A stretch of 50,622 bases of DNA, taken from NCBI GenBank assembly GCA_964575635.1, contig CAZNQY010000001.1, positions 1 through 50,622 on the forward strand, written 5' to 3'. Numbering within the stretch: position 1 is the stretch's first letter; each line of letters begins with the position of its first letter. The notes under the pieces are model-generated. The model was not told the DNA's origin. It was given only the letters and a program-made list of their open reading frames with translations, and did not search any database. Shown here piece by piece: positions 44,101-50,622 of this stretch. Source of the DNA: an uncultured Candidatus Saccharimonas sp. (lineage in GTDB: Bacteria; Patescibacteriota; Saccharimonadia; Saccharimonadales; Saccharimonadaceae). Position numbers and translations under genes: made by a program.

Positions 44101-45309
44101 ATGAAAAAGATTATTATATTTGCAATTACATTAATAATTACTTTAAATCCAGTAAAAGTATTTGCTTTTGATAATAATTATTTTTATAACGTAAATGATA
44201 TTATATTTTTTGATGAAAACAGTAGTTGTGATTATGTAACCAGTTCATTTGGGTCAGCTAGTCAGACTCCAACACTTACAGATTTCGTAGATAGATACGG
44301 CGAAGGTGCTTATAATGTCGGTAAAAAATATGGAATTCCATACGAAGCAATTTTGGCGCAAGGAATTTTGGAATCTGGTTACGGGCAATCATCGCTTGCT
44401 TATCAATACTTTAATTTCTTTGGTATGAAAGCTGGTAGTAGTTGGACTGGCGGAACAGTTGTTATGAGTACAAGCGAAGAGTATACACCAGGCGTAAATA
44501 CTCAAATTGAAGCTGCTTTTAGAACATATCCAACCGTTGAAGCTGGATGGGAAGGTTATGCCTTATTTATCACAAACAATGGCAATCCAGCCAGATATAA
44601 AGATGCTTTAAATTATTACAATGATTACGCTGGTTATATTAAAGCCGTAAAAGATGCTGGGTATGCCACCGACAGTACTTATACTGAAAAAGTTACTAAT
44701 CTTGCAAATGGTATAGCCGATTATATTAAAGAAAATAATAAATGGCCACCTTCATCACAATCCGAAAAACCATCCATTGATTATGGACAAATAGCTTCGG
44801 AATCAACTTCATCAATAGATTCTTGTAGTAACGGAATAGTTGCTGGTGATATCGTTCAAACAGCCTTAAGTTTTGCAAAAAGTGAGCCTGTTGAAAACGG
44901 CGTAAATCAAATTAGTGACGCAATACCTGAATATGTAAGTGCAATAAATCAATACAATCCAGGAGCAAGCGTTGCGGATTGCGGAATGTTTGTAGGTACT
45001 GTAATGATCGCAAGTGGTGTTGACTCGAATTATCCAAAAAGTGGCACAAGTATTCAATTAGATTACGTAAAAAGTAATCCAGATAAATATCTGGTAATAG
45101 ATAATCCCCAAAGAAATAACCTTGAAGCAGGTGATATATTAATCGTAAATAATGGCGAAGATCACCACACAATGATATACACAGGCAACAGTCCTTATCC
45201 AGCCGTAGATGCATCCCAGGATGAGCGAGTACCAAGTGTTCGAACCGAAGCAAGCCTGGCTTCAATATTAAGTAAATCTGGCGTTGTTATCGCAAGGGTT
45301 ATTAAATAA
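44101..45309 (+). CDS. Secreted bifunctional peptidoglycan hydrolase (GH73 glucosaminidase plus NlpC/P60- or CHAP-like Cys peptidase), a VirB1/PrgK/TcpG analogue
   Basis: 'YGIPYEAILAQGILESGYGQS...FNFFGMKA' (glucosaminidase). C-terminal 'ADCGMFVGTVM' and 'HHTMIYTG' (Cys/His). Signal peptide present. Confidence 0.8.
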   Translation: MKKIIIFAITLIITLNPVKVFAFDNNYFYNVNDIIFFDENSSCDYVTSSFGSASQTPTLTDFVDRYGEGAYNVGKKYGIPYEAILAQGILESGYGQSSLAYQYFNFFGMKAGSSWTGGTVVMSTSEEYTPGVNTQIEAAFRTYPTVEAGWEGYALFITNNGNPARYKDALNYYNDYAGYIKAVKDAGYATDSTYTEKVTNLANGIADYIKENNKWPPSSQSEKPSIDYGQIASESTSSIDSCSNGIVAGDIVQTALSFAKSEPVENGVNQISDAIPEYVSAINQYNPGASVADCGMFVGTVMIASGVDSNYPKSGTSIQLDYVKSNPDKYLVIDNPQRNNLEAGDILIVNNGEDHHTMIYTGNSPYPAVDASQDERVPSVRTEASLASILSKSGVVIARVIK

Positions 45310-45908
45310 TGAATAAAAAAATAATATCATTATTGATATTTATCGTAATTTTTATATCAATCGTTTTTGCAGTGTATTATTACATCACGCCTAAATCATA
45401 TTTAAAAATCGAAGTAGCACCCGAACAGGTTTCTTTAAAAATCGATAACGAAAATAGTATAAATATTACAAACGGTAATAAAATTACAATCAAACCTGGT
45501 GATCATAAATTAGTTTTTTCAAGAGATGAATTCGATTCATATACTATTAATATATCCATCAAAAAAGACGAATCCAAATCTGTTATCGCTGTATTAAAAG
45601 CTTTAACCGAGAACGCAAAAAAACTACTCAATAATAGTAAATCAAATAAAGTTATCGAGAAATTTACAGGTTTAAAACTAAATATTCAAGATAATAAATT
45701 ATTATCAGATTTTCCAATTTTAAAAATATTGCCAATAAATAATCCTTATTACAGAGTTATGGCTTGTAATTCAAAACAATTTCCAAACGACTCCGAAAAG
45801 ATCGCTATTTGTGTAATTATGGATGATTTAGGTTATAAAAATGATCTAAAAAACGAAATTATTAATCGCGGATATAATCTGGATAGTTACGAAGTTATTT
45901 GGAACTAG
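45309..45908 (+). CDS. Membrane-anchored protein with a PEGA-like beta-sandwich domain, last gene of the T4SS operon
   Basis: N-terminal TM; 'LKIEVAPEQVSLKIDN...ITIKPGDHKLVFSRDEFDSYTINISIKKDESKSV'. TAATG overlap with the hydrolase gene. Confidence 0.55.
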   Translation: MNKKIISLLIFIVIFISIVFAVYYYITPKSYLKIEVAPEQVSLKIDNENSINITNGNKITIKPGDHKLVFSRDEFDSYTINISIKKDESKSVIAVLKALTENAKKLLNNSKSNKVIEKFTGLKLNIQDNKLLSDFPILKILPINNPYYRVMACNSKQFPNDSEKIAICVIMDDLGYKNDLKNEIINRGYNLDSYEVIWN

Positions 45909-46947
45909 ATAAATTAATATTTTTAATATCCGTATCAATATTATCTGGTAATTTAGTCGAAGTAATAATAACTTGTTTATCGCTCAAAAATAATCTTTTT
46001 TGACGTTCGTCATCAAGTTCGCCAAATACATCATCTAATAATATAATTGGTTTTTCACCAACTATATTTTCTATGATATTTATTTCTAAAAATTTCAATG
46101 CCAAAATTATACTACGGACTTCACCACGCGATGCTATATCAAGAGCAGGGGAATTATTAAAATTAAATATCACATCATGTCGATGTAATCCAGTACTGGT
46201 ATATCCAAGCGCAATATCTTTTTCGGTGTGATAATAAAGATCGTTTAATATTTTTTGTTTAATATCGCCTATATAAGTATTTGAATAGTGTATTGAAACA
46301 ATATCATTATTATTAGCAATAATTTTATAGGCGTCATTTAAATTACTATTAATTTGTTCAATAAAAGCAATTCGCTTCTCGATAATATATGATCCATATT
46401 CACTTAATGTCATATCCCAAACAAATAACTCATCTCGCTTCATATAAGGCTGTTTCAGGAGATTATTCCGTTGTTTTAGGGCTCTATCATATTTATGTAG
46501 ATATGACGAATATAAAGGGTCTAATTGACTGACAAATCGGTCAATAAATTGTCGGCGGCGATTTGGTGATCCATGAAGTAATCGTAAATCATCAGGCTCG
46601 AATAAAACAACCGGAGATTTATATTTCGGCGTCATTCGATACATTTCTTTATTATCGATAGTAATTTTTTTGCGCTTGGCTTGAATTTCGGAATTAAAAG
46701 ATATTATTCTTTTATCACTGTTATTTAATTCTAGATTAATAGACCACCAAAGTTTATCTTTTTTTAAAATATCCGCATCGGTTCCCTTGAAAGAAGATCC
46801 CTGTAATGATAAATAAATAGCCTCTAATATTGAAGTCTTACCAGACCCATTAATACCTGTAATTACAGTAGTATTAGGTGAAATAATCGCATTAAATTCA
46901 TTATGTGATCGAAAGTTTTTGAGTGATATTTTTTTAATCACTGGCAT
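45895..46947 (-). CDS. recF: DNA replication and repair protein RecF
   Basis: 'FRSH...GINGSGKTSILEAI', C-terminal 'LLDDVFGELD'. Synteny dnaA-dnaN-recF. Confidence 0.93.
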   Translation of the reverse strand: MPVIKKISLKNFRSHNEFNAIISPNTTVITGINGSGKTSILEAIYLSLQGSSFKGTDADILKKDKLWWSINLELNNSDKRIISFNSEIQAKRKKITIDNKEMYRMTPKYKSPVVLFEPDDLRLLHGSPNRRRQFIDRFVSQLDPLYSSYLHKYDRALKQRNNLLKQPYMKRDELFVWDMTLSEYGSYIIEKRIAFIEQINSNLNDAYKIIANNNDIVSIHYSNTYIGDIKQKILNDLYYHTEKDIALGYTSTGLHRHDVIFNFNNSPALDIASRGEVRSIILALKFLEINIIENIVGEKPIILLDDVFGELDDERQKRLFLSDKQVIITSTKLPDNIDTDIKNINLSSSK

Positions 46948-46953
46948 TTATAA

Positions 46954-48054
46954 TTAACTCTTTAAAGGCATTATTATATGGAAATAATCTGTATCTTTTT
47001 TAGTTGATTTAATAATACATGGTGATAATTTACCACTAAAACTAAAGATTATTTCATCGCCGTCAACAACCGAAAGAGCTTCTTTTAAATATCTAGAATT
47101 TAAAGTAATTTGGCCATCTTCACTTACAGTTGCTTTTGCTTCTGATGTATTTTCACCAAGTTGTGATGCAATAGAGTGAATAGAAAGATTATTTTTTTCT
47201 TTATTAGCCGTTAATATTACACTGCCACCAGATTCGCGGGCAAATAATCCAGCAATTTTTGTTATACCAACAAAGTCGCTTTTATTTAATACAACTTCAG
47301 TTTCAGATTGTTTTGGAATTAATTGTCTGTAATCTGGGAATTTACCGTCAATTAAACGACTAATAATTTCTGTGTCATTAATTCTAAAACGCACTTGAGT
47401 TTCGTCGAATAAAATATTTATTTCTTCACTATCTTCGGTAATATTACGCATTACTTCTTGTAAAGTTTGAGTTGGAATAATTGCTGACACATCACTTTTA
47501 GTATCAACTAATTTACGTTCTGATAATCTATAACCATCTGTTGCAGCTAAATATAATTTACCATCAAGAGAGTGCCAATAAACACCAGTTAATACTGGGC
47601 GAGTAGTATCACTACTGGTTGTAATAATTGTTTGAGAAACAGATTGTTTAAAATCTTCGATCTTTATACTATATTGAATTGATGAAGATTCATTAATAGT
47701 TGGCAGTTCTGGAAATTCATCAGCAATAAAACCATTAATAATGGAATTATAACTGCCACATTTAATATGTAAATTATTATTAACAACTTTTAATTCAACT
47801 GAATCTTTTGGTAGGTTAGAAACAAACTCTGCCATTAGTTTTGCTGGAATTGTAATTGAACCAGGTTTAATGATTTTTACATTTATATATTGAGTAACTG
47901 CAATCTCTAGATTAGTAGCTGCTATTAATAAACGATTATTATCAGTACGAAGAAGTATGTTTCCAAGTATTGGTAATTGTGTCTTTGTACTTGCTACTCT
48001 ACTTACTGCGTTAATAGCTTTGGCTAGTTTTTCTTGTGTAACAATGAGTTCCAT
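46954..48054 (-). CDS. dnaN: DNA polymerase III beta sliding clamp
   Basis: 366 aa, 'LPILGNILL', 'ATDGYRL', C-terminal 'IIMPLKS'. Confidence 0.95.
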   Translation of the reverse strand: MELIVTQEKLAKAINAVSRVASTKTQLPILGNILLRTDNNRLLIAATNLEIAVTQYINVKIIKPGSITIPAKLMAEFVSNLPKDSVELKVVNNNLHIKCGSYNSIINGFIADEFPELPTINESSSIQYSIKIEDFKQSVSQTIITTSSDTTRPVLTGVYWHSLDGKLYLAATDGYRLSERKLVDTKSDVSAIIPTQTLQEVMRNITEDSEEINILFDETQVRFRINDTEIISRLIDGKFPDYRQLIPKQSETEVVLNKSDFVGITKIAGLFARESGGSVILTANKEKNNLSIHSIASQLGENTSEAKATVSEDGQITLNSRYLKEALSVVDGDEIIFSFSGKLSPCIIKSTKKDTDYFHIIMPLKS

Positions 48055-48107
48055 TATTATGTATTACCTTTCTTTAAATTCTTTTTAGGGGTTCTAATAA
48101 TAGGTAC

Positions 48108-48319
48108 TGTGGAAAGTGAGTAAAACTCTTATTCAACAGATGTAAAATTGTAAATTTGGTTGTGGAAAAAGCCTTGGATAAAACTTGTAAGAAATAGTTG
48201 ATAAGTAGAGTTTTTACCCATAGTTTATTAATTAGGTTATTAATTATATTCACAACTGTGCAAGGATATTCACTGTTTGAATAACTATTATTCCTAGTAT
48301 TATCCAGAGTTTTTACACA
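48108..48319. promoter_or_regulatory. DnaA-box cluster in the dnaA-dnaN intergenic region (oriC part 2)
   Basis: Matches to TTWTNCACA at 48161-48169 (reverse complement TTTTCCACA) and 48311-48319 (TTTTACACA). One-mismatch boxes at 48108-48116 and 48300-48308. Confidence 0.6.
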
Positions 48320-48335
48320 GGTATTTTGTATAGTT

Positions 48336-49724
48336 TTAGGCATATAATTTCTCGCGGATAAACGAAACTTGTTCACGAATCATATAATCTAATTTTATAG
48401 CTTTTTCAATTTTTTCAACTGAATGAATTGCTGTAGTATGATCTTTGCGACCTAATTCTTCGGCAATTTTAGGGAAACTAAGGTGTAATTCACTGCGAAG
48501 TAAATACATCGCAATCTGGCGTGGAACAACAATATGTTTATCGCGTTTTGCACTACAAATTTCTGTTACATCAATTTGGAAATGTTTAGCAGTTTTATCA
48601 ATAATTTGCTTACTCGATATATGTTGTGGTCGAGAATGTCTGATATTTCCAAGTAACCCTTCGGCAGTTGATAAATCAGGTTCGATACCACGCATTTCGG
48701 CATAAGCAAGTAATTGGTTTAAAGCGCCTTCAAGTTCCCTAATATTAGTTTTTATATTAGTTGCTAAATATTCAGTAGTTTCACGGTTTAGATTAACACC
48801 TGATTGAGATGCTTTAATATTCAAAATTGCACATCTGGTTTCAAAATCAGGCATTTGAATATCAATTGTCATTCCCATTTCAAAACGACTACGTAGACGT
48901 TCTGTTAATGTTGGAATACTCTTTGGTGGTTTATCACTACTGATAATAATTTGTTTATTATTCTGATGAAGGTGATTGAAGGTATGAAAGAACTCTTCTT
49001 GAGTTTTTTCTTTACCAGCAATAAATTGCATATCATCAACAATTAATACGTCGATATTACGATATTTATCTGAAAAACCTTTTTTCTTGAATCTAATATG
49101 TTCCAAAAATTCATTTACGAAAGTTTCGGAGCTGATATATAAAATTCTAGCTTTTGGATTATTCTTCATAATTTCATTTCCAATTGCTTGCATTAAGTGA
49201 GTTTTACCTAAACCAACGCCACCATAAAAATATATTGGGTTATATTTAACACCAGGACTAGTCGCGACAGCCCGACTAGCTGTATAAGCAAGGTCATTAC
49301 TTGACCCAACTATAAAATTATCAAAAGTATAACGCGGATTAAGTCCATTTGAATTTACGACATTGCCACTGATCTGAGATTGGTTAGATGTATTATTTTG
49401 TGGTAATAAACTATCAGCTGTTTGTTGATTTGTAGTTGTGTTTTCTTTAGTTATTTCACGACTTAATTTAGTTTTTTTATTTGCCGTATCTATTACATAA
49501 GAAATTTGTAGGGGATTCACACCATTTTTTACCAAGACATTTTTTATTTGATCGTTAAATTTAACTTCAAATTGTTTTTTAGCAAAGATATTTGGAACTG
49601 ATATAACTACGCCAGCGTCACTATGATCAACTAACTCAGTATTTTTAAACCAAGTTGTGAATGTTGCGTGTGAAACTGATAATTCAATTTCACTAAGCAC
49701 ACTCTGCCATAACGCATTATGCAT
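48336..49724 (-). CDS. dnaA: Chromosomal replication initiator DnaA
   Basis: 462 aa, AAA+ 'GGVGLGKTHL', 'LIVDDMQF', C-terminal DNA-binding 'HTTAIHSVEKI'. Confidence 0.97.
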   Translation of the reverse strand: MHNALWQSVLSEIELSVSHATFTTWFKNTELVDHSDAGVVISVPNIFAKKQFEVKFNDQIKNVLVKNGVNPLQISYVIDTANKKTKLSREITKENTTTNQQTADSLLPQNNTSNQSQISGNVVNSNGLNPRYTFDNFIVGSSNDLAYTASRAVATSPGVKYNPIYFYGGVGLGKTHLMQAIGNEIMKNNPKARILYISSETFVNEFLEHIRFKKKGFSDKYRNIDVLIVDDMQFIAGKEKTQEEFFHTFNHLHQNNKQIIISSDKPPKSIPTLTERLRSRFEMGMTIDIQMPDFETRCAILNIKASQSGVNLNRETTEYLATNIKTNIRELEGALNQLLAYAEMRGIEPDLSTAEGLLGNIRHSRPQHISSKQIIDKTAKHFQIDVTEICSAKRDKHIVVPRQIAMYLLRSELHLSFPKIAEELGRKDHTTAIHSVEKIEKAIKLDYMIREQVSFIREKLYA

Positions 49725-49779
49725 AGTAAACCCCTCTTAAAAAACTGTTTTATTGTTTATAACTATACTTTAGGAATTA

Positions 49780-49980
49780 GTTTTCCACAACCCATAATAT
49801 GTAGTAAAAAAATACAGTAAATAGGGGTATCAGTTATACACAATTATATTCTTTATCTATAAATGTGTGGAAAAGTAGGGTAGTAATGTGTATAACTTTT
49901 ATATATAAAGAAATAGATTTGATAAAAATTCAAATATTACCTTGCAAATATTAGGTATTTTAAGGTAAAATATTATAGAT
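49780..49980. promoter_or_regulatory. oriC part 1: four perfect DnaA boxes plus an AT-rich tract, overlapping the rpmH promoter region
   Basis: TTTTCCACA at 49780-49788, TTATACACA at 49833-49841, and reverse-complement boxes at 49865-49873 and 49886-49894. Very AT-rich from 49895 to 49980. Possible -35 ttgcaa (49942-49947) and -10 taaaat (49966-49971). Confidence 0.7.
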
Positions 49981-50118
49981 ATGCCAAAGAGAACATTTCA
50001 ACCACACACACGTCAACGTGCTCGTACTCACGGGTTCCGTGCTCGTATGTCCACAAAAGTAGGACGTGCTGTTTTAAAGCGTCGCCGAATTAAAGGCCGC
50101 GCAAGATTAACAGTCTAG
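49981..50118 (+). CDS. rpmH: 50S ribosomal protein L34
   Basis: My translation gives [45 protein letters not shown]. The ORF is below the track's size cutoff. A terminator-like hairpin follows at ~50120-50155. Confidence 0.95.
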   Translation: MPKRTFQPHTRQRARTHGFRARMSTKVGRAVLKRRRIKGRARLTV

Positions 50119-50186
50119 ATAAAATAACTGCAGTAAAATGCAGTTATTTTTTATCTTTAATATAATTTTAGGTATAATCAATACAG

Positions 50187-50540
50187 ATGATTCCTTTTAA
50201 TAATAGATTTCACGGTCATAGTAGTCTTGGGTTTGTATATAAAAACGGCCTGAGTTTTAGGTCGCGGTTTTTTGTATTAAAGGTAGTCGAGAATAAAAAA
50301 CGCAAAAAAACCCGTACAGCCGTAGTTGTAAGTAAGAAAGTTTTAAAAAGCGCGGTCAGACGTAATAGAATTAGGCGCCGAGTATATGAATATATCAGAC
50401 AAGATATTAATAATTATGCCAAAAGTTATGATATTGTGATGATCATTTCATCGGCCGAGATTTACGCAATGCCAGCTAACGAATTAAAAGAGCAGCTTGA
50501 TCAAATATTTTATCAAGCTAATCTGGAAAAAATTTCGTAA
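50187..50540 (+). CDS. rnpA: Ribonuclease P protein component
   Basis: 117 aa, basic, 'RNRIRRR' RNR motif, directly downstream of rpmH. Confidence 0.88.
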   Translation: MIPFNNRFHGHSSLGFVYKNGLSFRSRFFVLKVVENKKRKKTRTAVVVSKKVLKSAVRRNRIRRRVYEYIRQDINNYAKSYDIVMIISSAEIYAMPANELKEQLDQIFYQANLEKIS

Positions 50541-50597
50541 TAATTTACAAAAACTGGTATAATATATAATAATTAATTGCTTTTTTGGAGTGAATAG

Positions 50598-50622
50598 GTG
50601 AATTTATTTGATACGATTGTAG
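50598..50622 (+). CDS. Start of a downstream gene, possibly the membrane insertase YidC (only 8 codons in the window)
   Basis: GTG with GGAG 7 nt upstream; reads VNLFDTIV. The call rests mainly on the conserved rpmH-rnpA-yidC order. Confidence 0.3.

Noticed and set aside
32612-45908. The T4SS cluster as part of an integrative conjugative element.
   Set aside because: No integrase, relaxase, coupling protein, att-like direct repeats or tRNA boundary flank it within the window, and it is bracketed by core genes. This cannot be fully excluded without the rest of the genome.
48074-48376. 100-aa ORF on the minus strand between dnaA and dnaN.
   Set aside because: It overlaps the dnaA 3' end, has low-complexity AT-driven composition, and covers the DnaA-box cluster. 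It is treated as intergenic oriC sequence.

Overview
AT-rich, gene-dense bacterial chromosome segment that includes the replication origin: rnpA-rpmH | oriC DnaA boxes | dnaA-dnaN-recF. The gene content suggests a reduced-genome monoderm, possibly Patescibacteria/Saccharibacteria-like, but this is inference and no search was run. That content includes two FemAB-type transferases next to MurE, a monoderm-type T4SS with PrgI/VirB3-, VirB4- and VirB6-like genes plus VirB2-like pilins, and tRNAs that all encode CCA. Housekeeping genes include groES-groEL with a CIRCE operator, valS, tsaD, rlmH, a HIT protein, a CDP-alcohol phosphatidyltransferase, an hsp20, comF, a MacB/FtsX-type ABC pair, a GT2 glycosyltransferase, and a partial type I R-M operon (hsdM-hsdS) at the left edge. 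Three things stand out. (1) 32.6-45.9 kb holds a chromosomal, origin-proximal type IV secretion-like cluster. It has four VirB2/TrbC-like pilin paralogues, one of them a tandem fusion, and several orphan proteins. No coupling protein, relaxase or integrase is visible in the window. (2) A very small (~3.15 kb) integrative element sits at the 3' end of tRNA-Ser(GCU), bounded by a 9-bp direct repeat. It encodes a large serine recombinase whose ORF appears to be cut by integration; the missing C-terminus and a downstream two-gene operon are restored only in the circular form. (3) A dispersed non-coding repeat system is tied to five tRNA genes (four Ser isoacceptors and one Arg). It consists of conserved terminator hairpins, inverted copies of the tRNA 3' half, displaced T-loop-to-CCA fragments, and a conserved ~75-90-nt module sitting where the T-loop would be in tRNA 3'-end mimics whose stems co-vary with the neighbouring tRNA. 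No CRISPR array and no rRNA genes were seen.
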